Positions 52,134 through 64,000 of a DNA stretch of 64,000 nt are shown here, in pieces (the stretch's first letter is position 1; every line of letters starts with the position of its first letter). This DNA is from Mobula birostris (Eukaryota): assembly GCF_030028105.1 (NCBI RefSeq), contig NC_092385.1, positions 25,758,774 to 25,822,773 of the forward strand, given 5' to 3'. The notes below the pieces were generated by a model that saw only the letters and a program-made list of their open reading frames with translations, had not been told where the DNA came from and did not search any database. The translations under genes were made by a program, and so were the position numbers.

Positions 52134-53080
52134 GTTAGTATTCATTGTCCTTACCAGTGTAATAAACTATTCTCGTTATTTCATGCTGTTATATTTATTT
52201 TGAGGTATCCTTGTAATCAAACCTTCCATTTGAATTACTTTCTCTTAGATTTAGATGAGCTGGTTAAATATTTGCTGCTTTCAATGTAGTTTAGACTATG
52301 AAAACAAATCACTTTTATAAATCTAGTTAGCTGAGGCGTTGCCTCTTTTAGTAAAGAAATGCTTTTACTTAGCAATCAGGTATTAGAACTTGTAGAGACA
52401 CAAAAGACTGCAGGTGCTGAGATCTGAAACGACAAACAAACAATGTGCTGGAGGATCTCAGGAGGCTGACTGGCATCTGTGGGATGGAAAGATTTGCAAC
52501 ATCTCAGGTTGAAACCTTGATCAGGACTGAATTAGAAACTATGCAATTCACTTGGGTCAGTTAATTGCCAGTTCATCCTCTGTATTGCTGGCTATTGTGT
52601 AGTTACAGTGGTTTAGAACAGAAATAGAATAATTAATATTATTCTATTAGTGATAATTATATTAATAATTCATTAATAATTTAATTTAATTATTCCTCAA
52701 GTTAAAATTTTGTCTCTGCGTTAAAAACTATATTCTCTTTTTAACTCGCACAGATGTTTAAATCGAAGTTCCTATAGAGAAACTCTTAATTTTTTGAAGC
52801 TGTTATTTGAGGGGATTTTACAGGATTGGTTGGGAAAGGGTGTGTACAAGGGTGAATAGAGAAGAGTTTGAGTTATCTTCCTTTGATTTACCTGCAAGAA
52901 AATGAATCTCAGGGTTATATATGGTGAAATACATATACTTTAATATAAATTTACTTTGACTTTGAACCTTTACTCATGGATAGTATCTTCCACTACATGA
53001 ACAAATAATCAAACACCGAATGTTTTAATTGTCACATTTTGTACAGTTTTTTGTGTTTATATATGTGTGTTACTTTTTAG

Positions 53081-53198
53081 ACAACGGAAGCTATTGATGT
53101 GTATTCCTTTGGCCACGTATTATATGAAATGACTTATGGAAAGCCACCAGATTCTGTTCCAGTAGACAGCTTCCCATCTGCTCCTTCCTCAGATATAG
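53081..53198 (+). CDS. PXK: PXK exon 11
   Basis: TTEAIDVYSFGHVLYEMTYGKPPDSVPVDSFPSAPSSDI. Confidence 0.96.
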
Positions 53199-54479
53199 GT
53201 TAGAAATTCTTAAATTGTATCTTGTTTATTAATTATTTCTAATGCGCCTTGCAAACCTGGTTTGTGCACATTAGCCTGATTTGCTTGCCATCACTTAATA
53301 TTATCCATCATCCTGACCATGTTGTCAGAATGCAGACCAAAATCTGTTTTTAAGAAAAGTGTGTGTGTATGTGTGTGTATATATATCTATCTATCTATCT
53401 GTGTGTGTATATAAAATGCATATATAATATCTGTGTATATCTGGGGCTTTATTCCCTGCGCTGAAATTTAAGTTTATTGGATTCACTGTAAGATCTGCTG
53501 TTATGAAGGTCTAACATTTTTATTAAATAAAGCTAATTGAATTGTATGGAACATTGACAAGGATAGCATTCAACAGACCAGAGAATGTGGCCCTATCAAG
53601 TCCTTTAAAATTGCAGCAATTCCTTTTATATTCTGCCAATGGCTAACATACTCTTGCTTTGCTATAATTGGTTGCTTTACCTGCACAATTAATACATTTC
53701 CTGAATTGCCATTGCAAATTCTTTCCTACTTTTTTTAAAAAAAGAAATGGTATTTATGTTTTCTATTGAAGTTCATAGCTCACATTTGCTTAGAGTATAC
53801 TCCTTTTGACTAACTCTCCGTGTCCCTATGCACAGTTCAGTTTTCCACCAAGCTTTCTGTCACTAATAGTCCTGAAGAATTTGCACATTCTTCTCAACTA
53901 GTCAATGATATAAAAATAAGTGACTTACTTTCCCAGTGTTTCTGTCCTTTAACAATAATCTGTTCAATGTTAACTCTGTGAACCCAAATTTACTGTGAAC
54001 CCAAATAACTTTACTGAACATTACTAAATGCATTTTTAAAAATCCAGCTATCTACTAGTTACCCCTTGTCCATTTTTTTTGGATCAAAATAAAGCTGTTG
54101 TGCTTAAATAAAATAAAATAAAATCACCGACTTTGTCCGCTCAGGGGATCTCCCATCCACTGCAAATAATCTTATTATTAAACCCGCCGATAAGCGGGGT
54201 GCTGTTGTAGTCTGGCGTACTGACCTCTACCTTGCCGAGGCACAGCGACAACTCGCGGATACCTCTTATTTACCCCTCAATCGTGACCCCACTAAGGAGC
54301 ACCAGGCCATTGTCTCCCACACCATCACCGACTTTATCTGCTCAGGGGATCTCCCATTCACTGCAATTCCTCAGATCCCACCGTCAACTCCTGGGCCCTC
54401 AGAGGCTCCATCTTCCTCTCACCCCAACCCTCCCCTCTCCACTGACACACCCAGCCTCCCCCCCTCCCCCCTCTGATCC

Positions 54480-56692
54480 CGGCTCTCATCCGTGCCGGGT
54501 CTTTACCATCCCCTCCGACCTTCAACTGTCAGAGGCAGAACGCTCTGTTCTCAGTAAGGGCCTCACGTTTGTCCCCCTTCGCCCACACCTCAGCGAGTTC
54601 CGTGTTCGCCATGATGCGGAACTTTTCTTCTGCCGTCTCCGTCTCCGAGCCTACTTCTTCAGCAAGGACTCTTCCACCCCCCACCGATGACCCCTTCTCC
54701 CGTCTTCAACCCTCCTCTTCTTCATGGACACCCCGCTCTGGTCTTCTGCCTGCTCTGGATCTCTTTATCGCTAATTACCGACGGGACATCAACCGTCTCG
54801 ACTTCACCGCACCTTGTCCCCAATCCAACCTCACTCCTTCGGAACGCTCTGCTCTCCACTCCCTCCGCACTAATCCTAACCTTATTATTAAACCCGCCAA
54901 TAAGGGGGGTGCTGTTGTAGTCTGGCGTACTGATCTCTACCTTGCCGAGGCACAGCGACAACTCGCGGATACCTCCTCTTATTTACCCCTCGATCGTGAC
55001 CCCACTAAGGAGCACCAGGCCATTGTCTCCCACACCATCACCGACTTTATTCGCTCAGGGGATCTCCCATCCACTGCTACCAACCTTATAGTTCCCATAC
55101 CCCGCACTTCCCGTTTCTACCTCCTACCCAAGATCCACAAACCTGCCTGTCCTGGCCGACCTATTGTCTCAGCTTGCTCCTGCCCCACCGAACTCGTTTC
55201 TGCATACCTCGACACGGTTTTATCACCCCTTGTTCAATCCCTTCCGACCTATGTTCGTGACACTTCTCACGCTCTTAAACTTTTTGATGATTTTAAGTTC
55301 CCTGGCCCCCACCGCTTTATTTTCACCATGGATGTCCAGTCCTTATATACTTCCATCCCCCATCAGGAAGGTCTCAAAGCTCTATGCTTCTTTTTGGATT
55401 CCAGACCTAATCAGTTCCCCTCTACCACCACTCTGCTCCGTCTAGCGGAATTAGTCCTTACTCTTAATAATTTCTCCTTTGGCTCCTCCCACTTCCTCCA
55501 AACTAAAGGTGTAGCTATGGGCACCAGTATGGGTCCTAGCTATGCCTGCCTTTTTGTTGGGTTTGTGGAACAATCTATGTTCCATGCCTATTCTGGTATC
55601 TGTCCCCCACTTTTCCTTCGCTACATCGACGGCTGCATTGGCACTGCTTCCTGCACGCATGCAGAACTCGTTGACTTTATTAACTTTGCCTCCAACTTTC
55701 ACCCTGCCCTCAAGTTTACCTGGTCCATTTCCGACACCTCCCTCCCCTTTCTAGATTTTTCTGTCTCTGTCTCTGGAGACAGCTTATCCACTAATGTCTA
55801 CTGTAAGCCTACTGACTCTCACAGCTATCTGGACTATTCCTCTTCTCACCCTGTTTCTTGCAAAAACGCCATCCCCTTCTCGCAATTCCTCCGTCTCCGC
55901 CGCATCTGCTCTCAGGATGAGGCTTTTCATTCTAGGACGAGGGAGATGTCTTCCTTTTCTAAAGAAAGGGGCTTCCCTTCCTCCACTATCAACTCTGCTC
56001 TCAAACGCATCTCCCCCATTTCACGTACATCTGCTCTCACTCCATCCTCCCGCCACCCCACTAGGAATAGGGTTCCCCTGTTCCTCACCTACCACCCCAC
56101 CACCCTCCGGGTCCAACATATTATTCTCCGGAACTTCCGCCACCTTCAGCGGGATCCCACCACTAAGCACATCTTTCCCTCCCCCCCCCCCCCCCCCGCA
56201 TTCCGCAGGGATCGCTCCCTACGCAACTCCCTTGTCCATTCGTCCCCCCCATCGCTCCCCACTGATCTCCCTCCTGGCACTTATCCGTGTAAGCGGAACA
56301 AGTGCTACACATGCCCTTACACTTCCTCCCTTACCACCATTCAGGGCCCCAAGCAGTCCTTCCAGGTGAGGCAACACTTCACCTGTGAGTCGACTGGGGT
56401 GATATGCTGCGTCCGGTGCTCCCGATATGACCTTTTATATATTGGCGAGACCCGACGCAGACTGGGAGACCGCTTTGCTGAACATCTACGCTCTGTCCGC
56501 CAGAGAAAGCAGGATCTCCCAGTGGCCACACATTTTAATTCCACATCCCATTCCCATTCTGACATGTCTATCCACGGCCTCCTCTATTGTAAAGATGAAG
56601 CCACACTCAGGTTGGAGCAACAACACCTTATATTCCGTCTGGGTAGCCTCCAACCTGATGGCATGAACATCGACTTCTCTAACTTCCGCTAA
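54480..56692 (+). pseudogene. Penelope RT-GIY-YIG ORF with one frameshift and active-site substitutions
   Basis: LSKGLTFVP frame joins the 707-aa frame across C6 at 54677-54682; KPANKGGAVVV, FYLLPKIHK, MDVQSLYTSI, GVAMG, RYIDG (canonical YIDD), GVIC...YIGET..R..EH. Confidence 0.9.
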
Positions 56693-56988
56693 GGCCCCAC
56701 CTCCCCCTCGTACCCCATCTGTTACTTATTTTTATGCACACATTCTTTCTCTCACTCTCCTTTTTCTCCCTCTGTCCCTCTGAATATACTTCTTACCCAT
56801 CCTCTGGGTTCCCCCCCACCCCCGTCTTTCTTCCCGGACCTCCTGTCCCATGATCCTCTCGTATCCCCTTTTGCCCATCACCTGTCCAGCTCTTGGCTCT
56901 ATCCCTCCCCCTCCTGTCTTCTCCTATCATTTTGGATCTCCCCCTCCCCCTCCAACTTTCAAATCCCTTACTCACTCTTCCTTCAGTT

Positions 56989-57024
56989 AGTCCTGACGAA
57001 GGGTCTCGGCCTGAAACGTCGACT
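56989..57024 (+). ncRNA. Minimal type I hammerhead ribozyme in the Penelope tail
   Basis: AGTC-CTGACGA-AGG(GTCTCGG)CCT-GAAA-C-GTC^-GACT; all core nucleotides present; palindromic ACGT helix III; predicted cleavage after C57020. Confidence 0.8.
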
Positions 57025-57344
57025 GCACCTCTTCCTACAGATGCTGCCTGGCCTGCTGTGTTCACCAGCAACCTTGATGTGTGATGGCTGTTGTGTTTAA
57101 ATCCTGGAATTTACTACCCAGCAACATTTTGGGAGCATCTTCACCACCATATGCTGGAGCAATTCAATAAAACATCCTTTCATTTTTTCCCAACATCCCT
57201 GTAGGACTTGATATTGGACAGATGTGTTGTGAATTAGGCTATTTATAATGCACAGTAGTAGAACCTAGGACAGTTTAGCACAGTACAAGCCCTTTCAATA
57301 TCGAAAGTAATACTTGGAAGCTACAATAATGCTCTTATGTTATT

Positions 57345-57618
57345 TTACTTACTTATTTAGAAATTTAGCATGGAACAGGCTCTTCTGGCCCAACAAGCTG
57401 CACTGTCCAGCAACTCATCTAATCACAGGACAATTTGCAATGCCCAATTAACCTACTAACTGGTACATCTTTGGACTGCGGGAAGAAACCAAAGCACCCA
57501 GAGGAAACCGCGTGATTCATGAGGAGAACGTACAAACTCCTTACAGAGAGTGAACTCCAAACTCTGGAATACCCTTAGTTGTAGTAGTGTTGCGCTAACT
57601 GCTATGTTACCATGGCAC
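57345..57618 (-). mobile_element. V-SINE copy
   Basis: Reverse complement of the V-domain (GGGAAGAAACCAAAGCACCCAGAGGAAACC...GAGAACGTACAAACTCC). Confidence 0.7.
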
Positions 57619-59323
57619 ATCAGTATTAGCGAACATAGTGCATTCAGTGTCTTAAGTTTTGGAATATTATGAAAATTTTTAATGTGTTTGAACCACCATG
57701 CATAATTCTAGGGCCTAGAAATTTTGCAGAGCATTCCACACAGCTGTTGTGTAGCTTCAAACTTTAGTTGATGCATTTTTGAATTATTCTTTTCAGCCAC
57801 AAGTTTTTTGTTCCTATGCTCTTTTTGTTAGGGATTGCCAGCCATGCTTTCTCATTACAAATGTTGAGGTAAACTTTTAATAAGTTTAGAGAATTAAATG
57901 AGCTTTGTTTTCTGCCACTATATCATAATGAAGCAGATTTATTATGCTTGAAACGGAATTTGTTGAGGTAGGTTTCCTGAACTTTGTATTGATTTTTGAA
58001 CTCGTCCAGGCAGGACAGCATTATGAATTTTGAGTTTGTAGCTACAAATTTTACTGGCAAAGTGAATGATTTCATCAGAATGTTAACTGTTTTTAGGAGC
58101 TTATAGGTATTTAAGTAAGTATTATCCTCCTTTCCATTTGTTTTCCGATACTGCTATTTTACTAGACGCACTGATCTATTCTGTGGAGTAAGGTCCATTG
58201 TAGTAATAGCATCTTCCTGGGCCATTCTTCTCATTTCTCCTTGTGGATATCTGCAAGCTATATACGGAGTGTGACTGTCTTCTGATGCACATATATATTG
58301 TTTAAACAGGTGAATCATTGCATGTAGAGCAGGAGCACCACAAGTTGTTTGCAGTTTGGAGAAAACAGGTCCTCTGTATGAGTTTTGTATTACCCAAGTT
58401 GAGCTCAATTAATTCATATAGGCCATAAATTATTGTATTTAATGACCATGTCTATATAATATGGTATTTTATCTACTTGAAGAATTTGTTTAATTTCAAA
58501 TAGGTCAGAATATTCATAATGTGTTGAACTCATCAGGACTATATTATTGGAATGTTGCTGAATTGACAATTTGTGTTTTTAGTATGGCATTAATGTGGCA
58601 ATCATGCCAAGGGACTCTCAAGCCACATAAGGCAAAACTAAAGCAGGTGACATAAATCATATTTTAAATAATGGCTTAAAGTTGTAAAGAAATGTGGAGA
58701 AGTTTCAGGAAAGATTGCATAGTCTTGGCAGCGTATCAGTAAAACCTGCTAATGTTCAAGAAGCCTGTATTGGAGGAAGGTGATGAGCAGGTTTGAGAGA
58801 TTGCAAAAAAAGAGGAAAACCTTCAAGACAGATGTAAGCAGCTATGTTTACAATCGAGGGATTCCTTTACCTGAATATGTGATGGTGCACAGAACACAGG
58901 CAGTAGAAGTTTGGATGAGTGTAAAAGTTGGAGACTGGTGCATGGAATAGCTGAATAGTCAACAGTGGATATATATTCACGGAATGGAATTGAGCATTGT
59001 CACTGAATTAGAAATAAATGATCATGTATGAATATATTATTAGATGCAAATCTTAAGACTTAAATAACGAGGTTCACTCCTATTTGCTATGAAGATGGAT
59101 GAATCAGTGACAGGATGTCTAGATTTGCATATATTTGTCAAATGAAAATTCATATAAGCTGCTCATGCGAGTTTGGGCAGCTATTCGTGTCTTTCAAGTA
59201 TTGCTCTTAATCGGTTTAAGGCTTGCCTGATAATACTTTAGCATGTATTTTGTTAAAATTTATTAAAATATTGGTTTTTAATTAAAAAAAAATCAAAAAT
59301 GTGCAAGTATAAGTTGATTAGAA

Positions 59324-59924
59324 GCGGCATGGTAACGTAGTGGTTAGTGCATGGCTTTACAGTTTCAGCAACCTGGGTTCAATTTCTGCCACAGGGTTTG
59401 TACGTTCTCCCGGTGACTGCGTGGGTTTCCATCCACGTTAAGACGTAACGGGTTGGTAGGTTAATTGGTCACACGCCTGTAACCGGGCGGTAGGTTAATT
59501 GGTCACGCCTGTAACTGGGTGGTAGATTAACTGGTCACACACCTGTAACTGGATAGTAGGTTAATTTGTCACAGGCCTGTAACTGGGCGGTAGGTTAACT
59601 GGTCACACGCCTGTAACTGGGTGGTAGGTTAATTTGTCACAGGCCTGTAACTGGGCGGTAGGTTAACTGGTCACACGCCTGTAACCGGGCGGTAGGTTAA
59701 CTGGTCACACGCCTGTAACCGGGCGGTAGGTTAACTGGTCACACGCCTGTAACCGGGCGGTAGGTTAACTGGTCACATGCCCGTAACCGGGCGGTAGGTT
59801 AACTGGTCACATGCCCGTAACCGGGCGGTAGGTTAAACTGGTCACATGCCTGTAACCGGGCGGAGTAAGCTTGTTAGGCTGGAAGGACCTGTTATGAAGC
59901 TATGTCTCTAAATTTAAAAAAAAA
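59324..59924 (+). mobile_element. V-SINE containing an internal minisatellite expansion
   Basis: A/B boxes and V-domain start at 59324-59430; A tail at ~59910-59924. Confidence 0.75.
59455..59861 (+). repeat. 34-bp minisatellite, 12 units
   Basis: Consensus GGTAGGTTAACTGGTCACACGCCTGTAACCGGGC, head-to-tail with no spacers. Confidence 0.95.
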
Positions 59925-59956
59925 TTTCCAAGAAGCTATCTGAATTTTCTTCACAG

Positions 59957-60035
59957 TGTCTGTGTTGCGGTCTATCCTTTCGGCAGAAGCTTGGAAAACA
60001 AATATGCCAACGATTACCCAGCTGCTAGAGACACC
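59957..60035 (+). CDS. PXK: PXK exon 12 (last exon seen; the gene continues past the window)
   Basis: VSVLRSILSAEAWKTNMPTITQLLET(P); CAG/GTAAGT. Confidence 0.92.
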
Positions 60036-60420
60036 GTAAGTGGAAACCCATTTGATATAGTCTTCATAGTTTAGGAAATTTGCATGTAAATGTCACATTT
60101 ATTCTTAATCTTCGATCTTACAGTAAAATGTGTGCTGTTGGGAGAATGATTTATTGTTGGTGCAATGTTTAGAATGTTTATGGTTGATCGGTTCTGAATT
60201 TGTGGTTTCTCAGTTATGTAACTGTAATCTCTTTTCTGCCAGCCTCATGTCATGAATCACTAATGCAGTAAGAAATCATTCTCAAAGCGTTAAACGCAAT
60301 GTTATTTTATTGTGAAGGTACTTGTGGGTGTTTCTGTCTTTGAGATTGTTGTGGCTTTCCTTTTTGCTGAGCCAAGGAATCACACTGCTGCCCAGCTGTT
60401 GAATGAAACAATAGGATGTG

Positions 60421-60760
60421 ACTGACTGACTGAGGTCTCTGTCAGTCAGAGTTGACTGTGGATATTGTGTTCTAGCTATCTAGATACACAAGTCTGGGCA
60501 GTAGTCTATGGAGGGCAAGCTGTTGCCCATGTAGTAAGCTCCCCCCTCTCCACACATGTGACGAACCCAAAGGAACGACAGAGACAGATTTGTTACCAGT
60601 TTGATGCCAGCAACATCACAGTTTCCAGTCAGCATTGAACTCAATGTAGGGCCGCCTTAGGGACTCCAGCTCTGGACTTTTCCCTCGGAGTTCACTCCCG
60701 AAGCCTTCCCCATGAGTGGGTATAGCTGCAAGGCAGTGGAGGTTTGAGATCAGAGTTTTC
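60421..60760 (-). mobile_element. Short non-autonomous retroelement
   Basis: GATGTG TSD (60415-60420, 60761-60766); (ACTG)n tail. Confidence 0.55.
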
Positions 60761-63700
60761 GATGTGGGGCCCAAATTGCTCAAGTATTCAAAATGCAGTT
60801 GATGGGAGAATCCCCAGTCCCTACCCCCATCCCTCACCGATTTGTAGAACTGCTTCCCAATTTCAATCCTGGAACCTGGGCCAATGTCCTCTCTAATTTG
60901 TAATGACCAGTGTGCGCAGAAATCTTGTGCTGTGCAACTTTTTTCCCAGTAACAACAACATGTGCACACTGAATCATTTCTTCACTAAAAACAGTATAAA
61001 TAAACCAGATTTTAAATCTGCAGACAAATCATTGCAGACTCCACATTGTCAGCATTGTCCGCATCAGAAACCCAAAAAGGAAATGTGATTGTGTACAGTC
61101 ATGAAATATACTTAACATGCCAACGAGGTAGAGGGTGACAACCTTTTGTATGCAGTTTAAATTCCTTTGTGTGCTAGCAGCAAAAGATGTGTGCAGGCGC
61201 AATGTTCCCACCTTAGAGGGAACATTGACCTGGACCGCAATTTTCAAACTCCAGCCCCCCCACCCAGTCCCAGGCTCCTACTTCTTCCATTGGGAAAACC
61301 AACCAAAATTCCCAGTAATTGTGGGGAATTCTCTGCATAACGGCTCACCACAATGTTCTGTATAAAGTTTGTGTGCATGCAGTATTTCTATTTGTATTCT
61401 GACAAGGTATTTAATTGTGTATAATTAGTTTTTTAGTATGGGTGGTGCTGACCGTGTTCCTGACCTCATGATCTTCCTGTACAGTTGGTGATTAATCCTC
61501 ATTTCAAAAGCCCTACGTAATGCTGAAATTAGTCTAAAATACACACTGATGCAACATTTTGAATGTGGAAAGCAGTTTTAGAATGGCCATCATTTACATG
61601 AAGAGGAGCAGTAGTTTTGATTACCAATCTCTAGTGTAGAAAGAAAAAGGACAGAGAAGCCATATTGAAAGAGTAATATCCTTTTTTCAGGTTTGTCTCA
61701 TTCTCCAAGAGTGCAAAACTATAATGGAATTTCCATAATCTGCAGGCTAAACAAGAAAGAAGTTTGTTGATGAGTTTTTGAAGGTTTGCCTAAGAAGTGC
61801 AGTGCGTATTTGGCACTTAGTACAAATGAGGTTGGATAAATGTTATTCAGACCAGCCACGTCTTTTGCTGCTGCCCACATCAATTACTCTGCTACTGATA
61901 TTAACTTCTTAAAACCCTAACTTAAATGCTTACAACCTATGATCTACTCTCTCCTGTAATAGCACTTGAAGTACTGTCAACAGACCAAAACGTATACAAG
62001 TTAAAACCCCCTATTCATTGAAAATCAAAAAAACTGAAACAAAATAGAAAGTGCTCAAAGCTCGGCAGGGAAGGCAGTATCCCTGAGGAAAGAAAAACAC
62101 GTTGACTGTTTATTGTTCCATAAGTACTGCCTGTCTCTGAGCTTTTCAGCTTCGTTGGTTGTTATTGCTTTATTATCTGTTGTCTTGGCCATGCATGTAC
62201 AATGTTTCATGTCACACAAATTATGCAGCACCCTGGTATTATGATTCCCTGCTCTCCTGGGTCCCCTCATGATTTTGTTTTATACTCCACTTTTTGCTCT
62301 GTGAAGTAATTTTCTTTGGAGGGTGATCAGTCAATAAAAGGCTCCTTAAACTAATCAAGTTAAGCTTAACATACTTTTTGTGAGGAAATTTGAAATGAGA
62401 GCACACATTTGAAGGGAGGAATTTGAAGAGTTTGTAATAATCATGCTTACAAATGCTGTATGCAGAGACACGACCAGGCATAAAAAGTGGGCAATGTTTA
62501 TTTTAAAATTGTGCCACTTTCTTTCTACTTTCCAGTCCCATGTATAGCATAGGTCATTCACCAAGAAACAGACCTTGTGTGGTGTGTTAAAGTCAACTTC
62601 TCTTTTTAGGGGGACAGTTCTCTCTGGTCTGCTTGAGTCTTGCAGCTTAGTCATCTTATTTGTTCTTTACCCTCAGCTACTTCATTTGGGCTCTTGCTCA
62701 TGTGTCCAACCTGTTATTCCTCTTTCACTTCCACTTCACCAACTTCTCTCTAATTCTGTAGCCTACCTGTCATTCAGTATCAGCTGTGATAAAGAGGACC
62801 AAAGGTATGTTTTTGTATCAGTTGATATCTATAAGGTCTGTTCTAATAAGCATGACTGTCTGGGCTATATCCTTAATAGAATTATGTTGCCTAGCCCTTG
62901 AAGGTTAGGAAATCATAATACTGGGATGCTGAATAATTTTGTGTGTCACTGAAACTCCCATTATCTTCTCCATAGGCCAATGTGTAGCCATCCACTTTAG
63001 AAATAAAAGGATAGTAGGTAATATTTCCATTGAGCTTTCTTTCACTACGTCTTTGCCATTGTAAAGGAATATTTAGTTTGCTGTCTTTTGAGTGACTGAA
63101 CAGACATATTGAGGGTGAATCATAATTGGAAGAACCTGATCAGAATGTGTTTGAAAGAGCTGACTGACATGGTGTCCAATTAATGACTTTCGGAAAACAT
63201 TCCTGAGTGTCCCTAATAAGATTCTGTTGGTGAAATTTAAAGTTCATGGATTACTTAAAAGGAAATTGGGTTATGAAGCAGGCATAGTCACAAGCAACAC
63301 ATGAGATAATGGACAGATGTTCGGTTTGGCACATTGTGACTGGGAAGTCTTTCATAAGGTTATGTATTGAAACTGTAGCTGCTTAATGTGTTTTTAACTA
63401 CTTAGATAATGAATTTTTAAGTAAAACAATGGCAATATGAACATTAGCTAGAATCATTAAATTGCAGATATAGATATTCTTTATTTCCAGTTCAATGATA
63501 AAACTGACCTATAGGATATAATGTAGGCAGGCACCAAGTTTTCCATTATAGTACCAAAAGGAAAGAACGGTGAAAGTAAATGGTGAAAAACTGGAATTGA
63601 GAAGATCAAAATTGATTGGTTATCTACATTGTTAAATATGAAGGACGAGTACCAAAATATGGAAATAGCCTAATTTTAAAAAAAATGCCTTTGGGGTCAC

Positions 63701-64000
63701 CCCTTTAGAATTGGTTTTCAGGAATTATAACGAATGGTAGATGGAATAAGTTATATGAACAGGAACTTTCCTGTGTGGGGTAATTGACAGAATAGAGGGG
63801 AATTATTTTCATTGAGGAAGTCTAGGGCTTTGGGATATGGTCTATAAGTTGGAGCCAGAATTTTTTAGGGTAAAGTTTGGACAGTTGCCTTTATAAAAAT
63901 AGGTTGTAATTATTAGATACTTTATTCCATAGTCAGTAGGTGATGAGGGGTCAATTAATTTTAATTCTGAAAAAAAACAGATTTTTGTTGATCAAATCTG

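Larger units (their letters stand above)
54110..57086 (+). mobile_element. Young Penelope-like retroelement insertion (RT + GIY-YIG, hammerhead tail) in PXK intron 11
   Basis: 16-bp TSD GCTGTTGTGCTTAAAT (54094-54109) / GCTGTTGTGTTTAAAT (57087-57102); long ORF; 3' tail. Confidence 0.95.

Noticed and set aside
59455-59861. Regular ~34-bp repeats resembling a CRISPR array
   Set aside because: No unique spacers, no cas genes, eukaryotic intron; the unit derives from the surrounding SINE.
60421-60760. Third HDV-like ribozyme in this short retroelement
   Set aside because: The copy looks 5'-truncated and I could not assemble P1-P4.
61691-61724. Strong acceptor TTTTTTCAG as candidate PXK exon 13
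   Set aside because: Translation does not match the expected LFSDV...KPQFK and stops quickly; exon 13 is probably beyond the window.

Overview
Eukaryotic (vertebrate) genomic DNA, very repeat-rich. The V-SINE, CR1, Penelope and Rex1 content suggests a cartilaginous fish (shark or ray), which is an inference. Two loci lie on the + strand in the order known from other vertebrates. (1) The bicistronic RPP14-HTD2 gene: RPP14 has 5 coding exons (2450-11088, 129 aa), and the intronless mitochondrial 3-hydroxyacyl-thioester dehydratase HTD2 ORF (11140-11658) starts 51 nt after the RPP14 stop in the same terminal exon. (2) PXK (PX-domain pseudokinase), coding exons 1-12 (27647-60035), which continues beyond the window. 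I traced all exons by hand with GT-AG boundaries and consistent phases. Introns and the intergenic region hold nested Penelope-like, CR1, L2, Rex1, RTE-derived, R4/Dong, Tc1, Tigger, hAT and V-SINE elements. The most notable features not visible in the ORF track are catalytic-RNA candidates. A family of minimal hammerhead ribozymes sits in Penelope tails, with two near-intact copies on the PXK sense strand, and several tails form inverted pairs. Two TSD-flanked non-autonomous retroelements begin exactly at a candidate HDV-like ribozyme with an unusually long L3 loop. Repeat family names come from recognised motifs, not database searches, and repeat boundaries without a TSD are approximate.
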